Shown piece by piece: positions 1-10,141 of a stretch of DNA of 49,772 bases. The DNA lies in the IMG/VR virus record IMGVR_UViG_3300020042_013092, positions 1 through 49,772 of that record, one strand, 5' to 3'. The position numbers were made by a program, and so were the translations under genes. Numbering within the stretch: position 1 is the stretch's first letter; each line of letters starts with the position of its first letter. Source of the stretch: a virus. Lineage: Duplodnaviria > Caudoviricetes. Under the pieces are notes generated by a model, which had not been told where the DNA came from, did no database searches, and saw only the letters and a program-made list of their open reading frames with translations.

Positions 1-177
1 TGAAAAAATAACTCTGTAAAGAGATTTACCTTTTAAATTTTGTTTCTCAATTACCGAGTCAAAAATCTCAGGCACTCCAAGCACGAAAGGTTCGTTGACA
101 AGACCTCTTTTCTCGTCAGTAAAGACCCAAGTCCCCGCGTGGCGATACATTTCCAAAACGAGCATTGAATTTGACAT
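1..177 (-). CDS. Partial conserved hypothetical protein (DUF6717-like), runs off the window start
   Basis: Manual translation from ATG at 177: MSNSMLVLEMYRHAGTWVFTDEKRGLVNEPFVLGVPEIFD. The W-x-F-x-D...GLVxEPFV pattern is recalled from DUF6717. Absent from the ORF track because it is truncated. Confidence 0.6.
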   Translation of the reverse strand, partial: MSNSMLVLEMYRHAGTWVFTDEKRGLVNEPFVLGVPEIFDSVIEKQNLKGKSLYRVIFS

Positions 178-307
178 AGAGTTAAACTAGGAGGACTAAA
201 GCATTGTACGATACTACAGTTACTCAGTGTGTACGGATAACCCTCTTTTATTTTTTTATTATAAATTCAGTTAAACTTAGTTGTATAAGTAACGGTTTAG
301 ACTCGAA

Positions 308-3300
308 GTGTCTTTTTCCCCTTTTTACCGACCAGAAAATATTCAGAAAGCTGTGAGGGCGATTGAAAACGAGTATCAACTTACAAGAGAATTTTCAACA
401 AACGCACGAGAAGCTTTATTTCAAGAAGCTTTAGAAAGAGGAGATTTATATGATGAAGCTGTTGAAATAGCAGAGAGGCGAGGATTCGACTTCGATGATG
501 TAAGTGAACGCAGAGTGGATCCTGAAGCATATCTCAGTGTCTCTGATTTTCGAGATTATCTGCCTTCACCCCAAGGGCTTGATGTAGATCCAGATCGTGA
601 GGTTTACACAGGGTATCGTTTAGCACAACAAAATCCTGAACTAAGAAGTTTTTTATCTCAGCCAGACGTTGATCTTTATTCAGGAAATCAAAGAGCAGTA
701 GGTCAAAGGTTCTTAGAGGATTACTCCCAAGGTTTAGTAACTCCAAGAGACTTGGAGTATTTAAGAAACTCATTTAGCTCTGACGTATTAGAGCCTGATT
801 CTGGCGATCTTCCATCTGAAAGGCAGTTTAATACGGCTGATTTTGTCGAGAGGGAAGGAACAAGGAGCTACAGCCGTGGGCTAAACAGGGATATGTATCC
901 TGGTTTTAATGAGCTAAGCAATAAAGTAAGTTACTTAGATAATTTATTAACTTCTCGTGATCTAATAGAGCAAGAAGAAGCTCCTGGTTCCCCTATACGT
1001 CAACGACTAGCAAACGTTCGAGCAATTCCAAATTCTTCTAGTCAGTTAAGTTTTTATGATCAAGAAGTAGAGAATTTAAATGAACTAGAAAACAGACTTA
1101 CACCTAGTACGCCAGAACAATTAAACGACCCAGCTTATATTGACGCACGAAGTAGGGACATTAGACAAATATCGAGTGACATAGAGGACGCACGTTATGG
1201 ACCATCAAGTTCTAGAGAAAGAAAAGTTGACGCTATTCTAAATCAAACGCTTCCTAGTGTTAGAGAAGCTTTAGGCGAACAAGGGGCTGTCGAAGCAGCG
1301 CAACGACAAGAATCAATAATAAGAGGGGAGCGCAATTTAGCAGAGCAAAACCAAAGGCTTGCAGGAGAGACCTCGGCCTTACAAAATCTTAGAAATTATC
1401 GAAGCTTACCTCCACGTGAGCGTGAAAGGTATAGGTCTGTTGATTTAACCTCTCCTCAAGAAAGAGAGCGCATAAACCCTTCTTCTCGAAATTTTATATA
1501 TTTAGATCAAGGGAGTCAATTAGCTGTTCCTGGTTTACAAGAGGATCTACGAGGGAGTAAGTCCGAACAGTTAAAACAAGGACTTACAGACGCTTTTGCT
1601 CGTTTCGAACAAGTTCTAGATAAGTATCCGGAAGTTCGAGAGTTACTGGGCCAGGAAATAAAACCAGGTCGAGCTGTGCCGATTAAAGAAGAAGAATTCA
1701 AGCCTTATTTAAAATATGCAGACCAAGAGCAGATGTTTTCTACTCCTGAAATAAGAAAACAACTATATGAAAATGTCTTACTAGATGTAGAACCTGAACT
1801 TCGCCCTTCTTTGTCACAGAGCCTCTGGTTCATAGAAAGGCAATACACGAGTGGGGATCCTTTGGCACAGCAAAAAGCTAGGCAAAAAATTGACGAACTT
1901 GCTGGTAAGCAGAATGTGTTAGCTCTAAACGAAAAACGTGCTTTTAGACCTAACAGACCAGTAATTGGAGGAGGAGGTTATTTAGACGTAGGGGAAGAGC
2001 AAACAAGAAAAAAGTTTGCATTTATTGATAAGAGAGCTGGAGACGTTAATACTGCATTAAAACAACTCTACTCTGAAGTAGGGTCTAATGACCTCAGTTC
2101 TCTTTATCCTGGTCTTAAAACAACGCTAGAGGCCGCTTCAGCCCCTGTTGGGTTTCTTCTCGATGAAGAGACGGGACAAGTCACCCGCACATTACCTTCA
2201 AGTAACACTTATAACATACGAGTATCTAAAACAGGACGTGACACATTTTCTCTTGCTAACTCAAACGATATCCCTAATAAAGAGAAAGCCTCTTCTAACT
2301 TAGTAGACTTTTTGGTTGCCAATCCGGCTACAAGTCCAAGAGGAATTATATTTGAAACTTCTAAACCCGGAACGGGTGGTATGGGGGTAAGTGCTGAAGG
2401 AGAAATCCCTTCTCCAATCACTCAAGCTTGGGAAGAAGAAATTAAACAACAAGCTTTTGCAAATCTAAGACCAAACACAATTGTTTACAACAATCCACTT
2501 TCTTCAGAAGATCTCTATGACTCTCGTATTAAAGAGGGACTTACAGAGGAACAAAGTAGCACTATACGAAAATTAAAACCTTTTGTAGAGTCAAATCAAA
2601 AATTACCTAATCTTCGAGCTGTTAGTTATTCCAGAGGGGGTTTTGGCCCAGCTACGGTACCTGAGTTTGGAACATCAACAACTCAACTTGCCTTTGTTAC
2701 CCCACAAGGAAAGGTTGTTGCTTTACAAGCAAATCCCCCAGAATCCGGTCTAAAAGGAAAAGTAGATATATCGCCTGATGAAGTTAGGGTAACTCAAAGT
2801 GCATTACCTTTCTCCTCTACGCCGCGATATTTTTCTAGTGATCCAGTAACTGGAGCTGTTATAGGAGCCCTTCAAATGGGACAGGACCTTAATATTAAGT
2901 CAAAAGACCTCACAGAGTGGTGGAATAAAGGAAGAGATACAAGAGTTCCTGATGAAAGTAATGCGCCTTGGACAAAGTTGCTAGACGACGATAGACGTCA
3001 ACTTACCCGAACTGAGAAGGCATATAAAGCAGGGGAAACCGGTCTTAAAGGGTTTAGACCGCTTAAAGCGTTTACTCCCCGCATGATAAAAACGGGACCG
3101 ACACCCGCAGTAAGACAGGCATTTGAACGTCCAGTGCGAGCTGTCTCAAGAACCCCAGCGTCATTATTGCCTGGGTTAGCTGATTTAATCCCAAGTCCGG
3201 AAGCAATTCGAACAGGGTACCAGCGAGGACCTACTGCGATGGTTAAACAAATGGGTAGTGAATTTGTTCAAAGTTTACCCACTGGGGCAGCTTTTGCCGC

Positions 3301-3655
3301 AGCTTTATCTACTCCTGCTTTAGCTTCTTTTGCACCTGGTGTGGGGTTAGGTTTTGTTGGATCAGCTGCAGTTAGAGCTGCAAATGAAGTTGTTCGACAA
3401 CAAACAGGAGAAGGTATATTACCTAAATTACGTCAGTTTATTGGAACAGCACCCAGAACTGGCGTTGCGGATAAACCCCGCATGGCTAATGCACCCTTAG
3501 TAGCTGAAATAAAACCATTATCTGCTCAAGGTAAAGCTGAGATGAATCGTAGGCAAAACCGTAATGAACTTCAAAAAAGGCTAGATCTAGTTAAAGAAAG
3601 AATTAATATAGGTAAAGTTGACCTCGGCTTATCAGAACTTATTCGCGGTAAGTAA
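308..3655 (+). CDS. Large hypothetical protein, possible internal virion protein; C-terminal ~245 aa paralogous to 48798..49586
   Basis: 1115-aa ORF with a charged helical N-terminus; C-terminus aligns by eye with the 48798 ORF (WWNKGRD...GLSEL). Confidence 0.8.
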   Translation: MSFSPFYRPENIQKAVRAIENEYQLTREFSTNAREALFQEALERGDLYDEAVEIAERRGFDFDDVSERRVDPEAYLSVSDFRDYLPSPQGLDVDPDREVYTGYRLAQQNPELRSFLSQPDVDLYSGNQRAVGQRFLEDYSQGLVTPRDLEYLRNSFSSDVLEPDSGDLPSERQFNTADFVEREGTRSYSRGLNRDMYPGFNELSNKVSYLDNLLTSRDLIEQEEAPGSPIRQRLANVRAIPNSSSQLSFYDQEVENLNELENRLTPSTPEQLNDPAYIDARSRDIRQISSDIEDARYGPSSSRERKVDAILNQTLPSVREALGEQGAVEAAQRQESIIRGERNLAEQNQRLAGETSALQNLRNYRSLPPRERERYRSVDLTSPQERERINPSSRNFIYLDQGSQLAVPGLQEDLRGSKSEQLKQGLTDAFARFEQVLDKYPEVRELLGQEIKPGRAVPIKEEEFKPYLKYADQEQMFSTPEIRKQLYENVLLDVEPELRPSLSQSLWFIERQYTSGDPLAQQKARQKIDELAGKQNVLALNEKRAFRPNRPVIGGGGYLDVGEEQTRKKFAFIDKRAGDVNTALKQLYSEVGSNDLSSLYPGLKTTLEAASAPVGFLLDEETGQVTRTLPSSNTYNIRVSKTGRDTFSLANSNDIPNKEKASSNLVDFLVANPATSPRGIIFETSKPGTGGMGVSAEGEIPSPITQAWEEEIKQQAFANLRPNTIVYNNPLSSEDLYDSRIKEGLTEEQSSTIRKLKPFVESNQKLPNLRAVSYSRGGFGPATVPEFGTSTTQLAFVTPQGKVVALQANPPESGLKGKVDISPDEVRVTQSALPFSSTPRYFSSDPVTGAVIGALQMGQDLNIKSKDLTEWWNKGRDTRVPDESNAPWTKLLDDDRRQLTRTEKAYKAGETGLKGFRPLKAFTPRMIKTGPTPAVRQAFERPVRAVSRTPASLLPGLADLIPSPEAIRTGYQRGPTAMVKQMGSEFVQSLPTGAAFAAALSTPALASFAPGVGLGFVGSAAVRAANEVVRQQTGEGILPKLRQFIGTAPRTGVADKPRMANAPLVAEIKPLSAQGKAEMNRRQNRNELQKRLDLVKERINIGKVDLGLSELIRGK
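2918..3655 (+). repeat. Copy 1 of a diverged ~740-bp duplication (copy 2 at 48849..49586)
   Basis: TGGTGGAATAAAGGAAGAGA is identical at 2918 and 48849, followed by long colinear similarity (e.g. CAACTTACCCGAACTGA, GGATCAGCTGCA..TTAGAGCTGCAAATGAAGTTGT). Confidence 0.9.
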
Positions 3656-3731
3656 ATTACGCCAATACAACAAAAGCTAATAAATGTAAAGTACGTACTA
3701 GACTTGTAAAAAGAATCTTTGGCGAACGCCC

Positions 3732-4160
3732 ATGTACCCTGCAGCTGACGAGTTAGCTCAAAATTTTCTTGAGGATTACCTTGCTGGGCTTAGTTTTAAA
3801 ATAAATCCTACCAACCCTTTTAAGGGTATGTCCCAAGACGAGTTAAATAAACGAAAAGAATTTGATTACCGCCCCGACGACTTACAAAAATATCATGAAA
3901 GATTAAATCGCCCAGGGCCAAGCCTTCCTTTGGCGTACGAGAATAATCGTTACGGTATAGATTACAATACTCCACGTACAGAGAGTGAGTTTATGGAACA
4001 AAAGTTTTATAGAGATTTAAATAATCCTAGCCCAAGAGGAATTCGTTTAGATCCCACACAACTTGATCTTCGAGAGCACCGACTCCCGGGCCCAACAGAT
4101 ATGTACGAAGATATTGAAAGAGACAGATTTCTATTCAGTCCTCGCGGACCTATAGCTTAA
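3732..4160 (+). CDS. Hypothetical protein
   Basis: 142-aa ORF with upstream TAGACT hexamer; NFLEDYLAG motif near the N-terminus. Confidence 0.7.
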   Translation: MYPAADELAQNFLEDYLAGLSFKINPTNPFKGMSQDELNKRKEFDYRPDDLQKYHERLNRPGPSLPLAYENNRYGIDYNTPRTESEFMEQKFYRDLNNPSPRGIRLDPTQLDLREHRLPGPTDMYEDIERDRFLFSPRGPIA

Positions 4161-4168
4161 TAGCTTGT

Positions 4169-4801
4169 CTATTTTTTAACGCACCAGAATTGCCAATCTG
4201 AGCAAAAAACAATCTCTAAATCACCAAAGGCATTCAAGCTTGCGTCTATGCCCTTTCGGACATCGGGGTGTCCATAGTCGTCAAAAATTAAAACCCCTCC
4301 GGATTTTAATAAAGGGTAGTAAAGCGACGTGTCTCTACACAGAGCATTTGGTGTATGCTCGCCATCAATATATAAAATGTCTATTTGGTTGTCTAATTCA
4401 GCCGCAATAAAAGGAAAAATGTTCCAAGAGCAAGCTTTTTGTACACTAACTTTTCCTGCGTTTTTACTTTTAGCAATATTAGTGCGAGCAATCAGCTCAA
4501 TTTGGCTCAGCGTGGGGAATTTATCTTCATTTTCGATGTACTCCTTATTTCCTGTAAAAGGATCAATAGAAATAAGCCTACTTTCAGGGTGATTAAGAAA
4601 ATTATCGGACCACCAGCAACTAGAGGCTCCTTCATAAACACCAATTTCAACTATTAAACGTTTTTTGTTCGGGTGGAGATGTAGCTTTTGAGCTTTAGGT
4701 TCTTTTGAGAGTAGGTCGTAAGCTTCAAGAAGCTTTTTATACCATTCGTGTTTGATATCGTACTTTGTATCTAGAGCCAAGTACATGAGGAGGGGTAACA
4801 A
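4169..4801 (-). CDS. Class I SAM-dependent methyltransferase (Methyltransf_24-like)
   Basis: VEIGVYEGAS motif I, ISIDPF, DILYIDGEH, LKSGGVLIFDDY. Confidence 0.85.
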   Translation of the reverse strand: MLPLLMYLALDTKYDIKHEWYKKLLEAYDLLSKEPKAQKLHLHPNKKRLIVEIGVYEGASSCWWSDNFLNHPESRLISIDPFTGNKEYIENEDKFPTLSQIELIARTNIAKSKNAGKVSVQKACSWNIFPFIAAELDNQIDILYIDGEHTPNALCRDTSLYYPLLKSGGVLIFDDYGHPDVRKGIDASLNAFGDLEIVFCSDWQFWCVKK

Positions 4802-4875
4802 GCGCCATTATACTAGCAGAACGGAATCCCTTCTTAAGCTTTTTTTCCTAGTCTGGAAGGCACAAAGCTCACTGT

Positions 4876-5232
4876 GTGCTACCATTGTCATGTGTTTCAT
4901 CCCCTTTTGTGACTAACAACAACGTAGTCGACCTCAAGACTCAGGACATGATCAAATTGGCTTTTGCTTGGCAAGCCTGGAAACTTCTGGATACTTGCGC
5001 TTCTATTTTTTTTAAGGGAGCCTTAGTTGCTGGGATTTTTTCGTTTGGTGCCGTTGTGGTAGCAGAAGGACCTTTATTAAACAAAAAGGTCAGGATTCAA
5101 GAAGAAGCTCAGCAAGAGTGTATTGCTAAAGGGCTCCAAAATATAAATAATGAAAGGTATGCCGTTTACCGTTTTTGCCAAGGGTATGCTGTTGATTACG
5201 CAAAAACGTATGCTAACCAGAATAAAAGTTAA
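4876..5232 (+). CDS. Hypothetical protein with one hydrophobic segment
   Basis: ORF with GALVAGIFSFGAVVVA; start position uncertain. Confidence 0.55.
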   Translation: MLPLSCVSSPFVTNNNVVDLKTQDMIKLAFAWQAWKLLDTCASIFFKGALVAGIFSFGAVVVAEGPLLNKKVRIQEEAQQECIAKGLQNINNERYAVYRFCQGYAVDYAKTYANQNKS

Positions 5233-5323
5233 AACCAAGTAAAAATAAATAACTAAGTGTTACTTCAGGTACGTTGCGCACCTAGGTTTTTTCTGCTTTA
5301 CTAGGCTATGAATTTTTTTTCTT

Positions 5324-5557
5324 GTGAGCAAGCAATTTTTGGTTTTTGTTTGTCCTGTTTGTCAAACGCACTTCCCACTTAAAGGCTCCAAGCTAAGGCT
5401 TTGGTTTGCTCAGAAAGTACGTAAGCCTTTATCAACAGGACCTTATTGTTGCTATAAATGTTCTTCAAGAGAAAATGTCAAAAAAGCTCTCGCAACAAAG
5501 CTAGCCAAAAACAAAGCAAAAGCTGAATGTCCTTTATTGAAGCAAACTAATGACTAA
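5324..5557 (+). CDS. Small Zn-finger-like protein
   Basis: CPVC...YCCYKC, basic. Confidence 0.6.
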   Translation: MSKQFLVFVCPVCQTHFPLKGSKLRLWFAQKVRKPLSTGPYCCYKCSSRENVKKALATKLAKNKAKAECPLLKQTND

Positions 5558-5813
5558 GAGCGAATTTTTGTTTAAGGAAGGAGATCGCGTTTTAGAAAGA
5601 CCGCGAAACACCAGCGTGGTAGAAGCCCCACGGACAATTGCTATAGAAATAAGAGCAAAGTCTTTTCAACGAAAGGGTGTAGTTGTTGAGTGCCTTATTA
5701 AAAGGAACGAAAGAAATCAAGCCACGAAATACTGTAAGGTTTTATGGGATGGGGCTAAATCGCCCTCACTTCATGCGCAGCATCGGTTAACCGCTATTAA
5801 TGGAGAAAGTTAA
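5550..5813 (+). CDS. Hypothetical protein (SH3/KOW-like beta-barrel pattern)
   Basis: FKEGDRV...GVVVE...KVLWDG; 8-bp overlap with the upstream ORF. Confidence 0.65.
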   Translation: MTKSEFLFKEGDRVLERPRNTSVVEAPRTIAIEIRAKSFQRKGVVVECLIKRNERNQATKYCKVLWDGAKSPSLHAQHRLTAINGES

Positions 5814-5839
5814 CTTATTTAGTTTTTTGTGTTTTTATT

Positions 5840-6094
5840 ATGTGGGTTGCTTCTTTCTCGGATCTTTCTCTCTCTACCCGCCAAGTTTTAAAAATGGAAA
5901 GAGTCAACTCTTGGCGTAGTTTGGGTAAGCTCGAGAAAGGTTTACATTATTTAACCCTTGAAGAGGCTAAAGAAGCCTGCATCGAGGTGGGGGGTTTTAA
6001 CACCAGGGGAGCTCACCAGCGGTATGCGTATAACGTTGAGAGTTTATTTGAATTATTTAAAGATAAGCACTACGTGACAAGGAAACTAAGATAA
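5840..6094 (+). CDS. Hypothetical protein
   Basis: 84-aa ORF within a run of small co-oriented genes. Confidence 0.5.
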   Translation: MWVASFSDLSLSTRQVLKMERVNSWRSLGKLEKGLHYLTLEEAKEACIEVGGFNTRGAHQRYAYNVESLFELFKDKHYVTRKLR

Positions 6095-6154
6095 TTTTAT
6101 TTTGTTTTGAGTTCTGCTTTCACTTTCTACTGTTAAATTAGAGCTGAATTTTTT

Positions 6155-6484
6155 TTGATCATGACCTCTCTCCACTTTATTAAAGACAAAACCTTAAAGG
6201 AACGTCTAGAGCAAGCCTTTGTTTGTTGTAAGTCCTGCGGGGAAAAGTATGGTGAGTACAGCACTGGGTACAGTTCTACTTGGATAGGGCTATGCCACGT
6301 TTGTGGGGAAGAAAATGTAGTAACAGAAACAAGAGACTGGGGGTATCTGATTCAGGGTATCTTGCTGGAAGCAAAAGAAGAAGAAAAAAGAGCCGAGGAG
6401 GAAGAAGAATTAAGTTTGGATAATCTTTTTGATGACCCAGACGGTCTTTGGGCGCAGGAAGAGAGTGATGATTATTTAGACTAG
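6155..6484 (+). CDS. Zn-ribbon protein with acidic tail
   Basis: CKSCG...CHVCG...TETRDWGYL followed by an E/D-rich C-terminus. Confidence 0.65.
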   Translation: MIMTSLHFIKDKTLKERLEQAFVCCKSCGEKYGEYSTGYSSTWIGLCHVCGEENVVTETRDWGYLIQGILLEAKEEEKRAEEEEELSLDNLFDDPDGLWAQEESDDYLD

Positions 6485-6513
6485 TTATAATATACAAATT
6501 TATTCTGTGATTT

Positions 6514-7218
6514 TTAATTAAACGTCGCTACGTACATATTATTGAAAGGCCGGATTTCTTTAATCTCATAGCTGATCGCGTGTAGGTAGTTAAAAAGCTC
6601 ATTCTTTTGCTCTGCAAACCAGTCGTCGTTGTTGGCTTCAAAAATAATCGGAGGTTTGTTGCACCTGTTAAGGGTGTGTAAAGCACCCTGCAAAGCTTTT
6701 AGCTCGTTGCCTTCGATGTCCAGTTTTATAAGTCCAACATCTTCAAGGCGGTAGTTGTCGATTGTTTTTGTTTTTACTCTTTCTTGCCTTAAAACTGGAG
6801 CGTGAGGTTTGCAGATCGTGGATCCTCCTCCATCTTCAGAGACAATTGAGAGCGTTGTTGTGTCGTTGGCGCATGAAAGGCTGGTTAGTGCCACGTTGTA
6901 AGCATGAATATTATCTTTTTCATTGATGAATATGTTTCCGCAAAGCTGGTTGTACGTCCTTCTTTGCGCTTCAAAGCTGTGGACTTCCCTAAAGCTGTCA
7001 GAAAGTAAAATTGAGTATGCGCCCATGTGCGCCCCGCCGTCAATAAATGTTTTATTCTTATCCCCGAAAGTTTTTGCGGCCCATTGGATGATCGGTAGTT
7101 CTGGGACACCAACCTGGTGCATTTGACAACGACCGGAATCATCATCGTGCATTAGGAAAGCTAAGTCGGGGGTGGGTACTATTAAACTTTTTTCCGGACC
7201 CCAAAAATATGTTGGCAC
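6514..7218 (-). CDS. FkbM-family methyltransferase
   Basis: FIDGGAHMGAYS, VHSFEA, LIKLDIEGNELKALQGA, PPIIFE. Confidence 0.9.
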   Translation of the reverse strand: MPTYFWGPEKSLIVPTPDLAFLMHDDDSGRCQMHQVGVPELPIIQWAAKTFGDKNKTFIDGGAHMGAYSILLSDSFREVHSFEAQRRTYNQLCGNIFINEKDNIHAYNVALTSLSCANDTTTLSIVSEDGGGSTICKPHAPVLRQERVKTKTIDNYRLEDVGLIKLDIEGNELKALQGALHTLNRCNKPPIIFEANNDDWFAEQKNELFNYLHAISYEIKEIRPFNNMYVATFN

Positions 7219-7263
7219 TTAAACCTCGTTTGACTGCTAGCATAATACCAGCTTCTGACGAAA

Positions 7264-8031
7264 ATGACGATACCTGTAATCGGCACTGCTGTCGTAAACA
7301 CGCCTTATTGGGCTTACCGCTTACTATATAGTATAGATTATCCTGTAGATAACTTTGTTGTCTTTAATAACAATGGTCGCGGCGAAATAACGGAAGAGCT
7401 AGATCTGATGGTTAAAGTCCCTCATAAGCATGTTAAAAATATTGTCGTTTGTCACATGCCCGCGAACGTAGGGTGCTCAGGAGCGTGGAATTTAATTATT
7501 AAATCTTACATGAATGCTCCCTACTGGGTAATTGTTAACCACGACATTATGTTTACGCCCGGTTTACTTCGTTCGATGGTCGAGCGGGCTCAAGATCCAG
7601 ATACCGGTATTGTGCATGGGGAGAATGGAAGTTGGGATTTGTTCCTTTTAAAGGATTGGGTTGTCCAGCAGTTTGGGCTATTTGATGAAAATTTATATCC
7701 TGCATACTGCGAAGACATGGATTACGGGATGAGGTTTAAACACTCTGATCTAAAGAGAGAGATGTCCGTAGGTAAACCTTATTTCCACGGAGAAACTTCA
7801 GGGGATTATGCCGACGGAAGTCAGACCTGGCGAAGCGACCCTTCTCTAGCTATGGGTATTCATAAAGCCCACGAAATGAATAAGCACTATTTACACGCCA
7901 AATGGAGTCCAGCGTGGCAAGGCCATATTGAAGGAGAGGTTTACCCTTACCCCTTTAATAACTCAGCTTTACCCTTGGACTTTACTTCCTATGATTTAAA
8001 CTTTGTTCGGTCTAAAAATCTAGGTTTTTAA
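7264..8031 (+). CDS. Glycosyltransferase, GT-A fold (GT2-like)
   Basis: VFNNNG, NVGCSGAWN, IVNHDI (DxD-like), GLFDENLYPAYCEDMDY. Confidence 0.8.
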   Translation: MTIPVIGTAVVNTPYWAYRLLYSIDYPVDNFVVFNNNGRGEITEELDLMVKVPHKHVKNIVVCHMPANVGCSGAWNLIIKSYMNAPYWVIVNHDIMFTPGLLRSMVERAQDPDTGIVHGENGSWDLFLLKDWVVQQFGLFDENLYPAYCEDMDYGMRFKHSDLKREMSVGKPYFHGETSGDYADGSQTWRSDPSLAMGIHKAHEMNKHYLHAKWSPAWQGHIEGEVYPYPFNNSALPLDFTSYDLNFVRSKNLGF

Positions 8032-8032
8032 A

Positions 8033-8368
8033 ATGTACAAAGATGGGTTCCCTTGTACGGGCTGTTCGGGGTGTTGTCGTTTAATCGGAGGAATTTTAGA
8101 TAAGGGACAAAACCATCCGGACCCTGTTTTAAGACAGGTCATAAACAGTTTTCCTTACGTAACAGATGAAAATGGGGTTTGTGAAAAACTTATTGACAAT
8201 CGTTGTTCGGTTTATGACAACAGACCCCTGTTGTGCAACGTCACTTTATTAGGGAAATTATTGTCGCTGGATCTAGATGAGTGGTATTCTAAAAATATAA
8301 AACATTGTAATTTAATCATTGATTTTTTAGGCTTGGATAAATCATACAAAATCCCTGAAGTAAGCTAA
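8033..8368 (+). CDS. YkgJ-family CxxCxxCC cysteine-cluster protein
   Basis: FPCTGCSGCC...CEKL..NRCSVYDNRPLLC. Confidence 0.85.
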   Translation: MYKDGFPCTGCSGCCRLIGGILDKGQNHPDPVLRQVINSFPYVTDENGVCEKLIDNRCSVYDNRPLLCNVTLLGKLLSLDLDEWYSKNIKHCNLIIDFLGLDKSYKIPEVS

Positions 8369-8396
8369 AGTAAGAAGTCAGTATGTTGTCAGTAGG

Positions 8397-8681
8397 GTGC
8401 CCTTTTATTCTTCCTACACAATGCAAAAAGCACTTATTAACACTTTAAAAAAAGTGTTGGACGACCGTGGGGTTACTTCGTTTAAGTTGAGTAAATTTTC
8501 GAATTTATCTCCTACAACTACGCGCAAGATCTATAACGATCAGTATTACATACCTTCTCCAGATGTAATTGAACGGATTTGTTTAAGTTTAAACGTTCAA
8601 CCTGGCGATATTCTACAAATCGGGACTAAACTAGAAGCATCAGTAGGAGTGTGTTCTGGTGTTTTCGCCTCAGGATTATGA
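8397..8681 (+). CDS. Cro/C1-type HTH transcriptional regulator
   Basis: LKKVLDDRGVTSFKLSKFSNLSPTTTRKI...IERICLSLNVQPGDIL. Confidence 0.85.
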   Translation: MPFYSSYTMQKALINTLKKVLDDRGVTSFKLSKFSNLSPTTTRKIYNDQYYIPSPDVIERICLSLNVQPGDILQIGTKLEASVGVCSGVFASGL

Positions 8682-9162
8682 ATTAGCGGCAAGGATCTTA
8701 GGCCTTCCAGTTCCGCAGACTGACGCCGAACGTGCTATAGCGGCCCCTACCGTTCATGCAGTTTTACGTAACTTTGGTAAAGCCGAAGCTCCCATGCCTG
8801 GGATGGAACCTGAAGGGATGTATACGGGAGCTACTCGCTCTCTAAATAAGTACCCAAGCAACAACACTCCAGAAGCAAGTAGTCAACTTAGGCATCGTAT
8901 TACCGCAGGTGTTGTTACTCCTGAGGACAGCAGCGAGCTTGAAGACTTACTAGAAATTCTTTTAGAGGACCCCCAAATGATGCAGATGTTTATAGGTTTT
9001 ATTGAAGATCAACAAAAACAGTCTTTGGAAAGCGGAGAATATTTAAGCAGACAGCGCCCGCTCGAGTATGACATGCCTAGCTATGGAGGTCAGTACTCTG
9101 TACTTAACGCTCCCGGCTCAAACTCTATCCCTCCCTCTGTGGAATATCAGGCATTAAGCTGA
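8659..9162 (+). CDS. Hypothetical protein
   Basis: 167-aa ORF with upstream TAAACT; first gene of a tightly packed operon. Confidence 0.7.
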   Translation: MFSPQDYELAARILGLPVPQTDAERAIAAPTVHAVLRNFGKAEAPMPGMEPEGMYTGATRSLNKYPSNNTPEASSQLRHRITAGVVTPEDSSELEDLLEILLEDPQMMQMFIGFIEDQQKQSLESGEYLSRQRPLEYDMPSYGGQYSVLNAPGSNSIPPSVEYQALS

Positions 9163-9163
9163 C

Positions 9164-9397
9164 ATGACCGAAAGAGAACTTTATTTAAAAGAAAGGGATG
9201 TTCGTAAAATAGCACCTGCTTTAGATCCGGCTGGTTTTCTGCAAGCTTACATCCGTTCTAATTTCATGCAGACTGCTACTATGCCTTCTCCTGAACAAAA
9301 AGAAAGAGGCATATTTGCCCCTTCCACTGATAATTTACTACAATTAAGCAAGAAGCCTAAATCGGGCACTTCTTACGATAACCCAGGTAAAAGCTGA
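9164..9397 (+). CDS. Hypothetical protein
   Basis: 77-aa ORF; TGATG coupling to the next gene. Confidence 0.65.
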   Translation: MTERELYLKERDVRKIAPALDPAGFLQAYIRSNFMQTATMPSPEQKERGIFAPSTDNLLQLSKKPKSGTSYDNPGKS

Positions 9398-10134
9398 TGT
9401 CCCTCAGAGCACTTGACAATATAGGAGGTACTTCCGGAGACCTGAGCAAAGTTATAAAACAACTTATTGATCAATTTGGTCCAGATGAAGCTGCAAAAAT
9501 TGCTCGAAGTTCTCAGTTTGCAAACATACTTAAGTACTCGTCACCTGCTCCTGCCGCTGCTGCTGTTGCTCCTGCTGTTGGTATAGGTGTTGGAGGTTTA
9601 CTTGGAGCTCAACTTTTAGGTGAGGGAATTTCAGGAGGTATAGGGGCTGCTCTAACTGCGCTTAAACCCGAGCCTACGCCCCCGATGGCTGCTGGAACAC
9701 CCAGTAAGTTTTTTTTCCAGCCCGAAACACAGGCAAATTATACACAGTGGTATCAGAAAGAAGTATATAATGTTCGACGGTGGAATAGTACAGTCGGTGC
9801 ATTAACAGGGCAGTTACTCCAAGAGCCTCCTAGCCCAGAGGAATTTGCCCGAGCATCAATAGAACGTTCTAATAATCAAGGAGAGTCATTTAACCAACGA
9901 CTGATCGAACAGCAAAGAGCAAAAGATGAAGCTGCTTATGCTACACAAGCTATGCAAGCAGGCTTTGGGTTAGAGGAGGAAAAAGTTAAAACGTTAGGAG
10001 ATATTCAGAGACAAAGAATTTCTTCTGGGTATACCACCGCTGGAAGTGCTTTGAACTCAGCTATACAAAATATTCTTGCTACCAGTAAACTAGAAAATAG
10101 CCCAGTCCTTGCTGAAGTAGCGAGGGCGTTTTAA
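9397..10134 (+). CDS. Ala/Gly/Gln-rich protein, putative internal virion/ejection protein
   Basis: Gly-rich hydrophobic segment plus a Q/A-rich helical tail; function inferred from composition. Confidence 0.6.
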   Translation: MSLRALDNIGGTSGDLSKVIKQLIDQFGPDEAAKIARSSQFANILKYSSPAPAAAAVAPAVGIGVGGLLGAQLLGEGISGGIGAALTALKPEPTPPMAAGTPSKFFFQPETQANYTQWYQKEVYNVRRWNSTVGALTGQLLQEPPSPEEFARASIERSNNQGESFNQRLIEQQRAKDEAAYATQAMQAGFGLEEEKVKTLGDIQRQRISSGYTTAGSALNSAIQNILATSKLENSPVLAEVARAF

Positions 10135-10141
10135 AGGAATT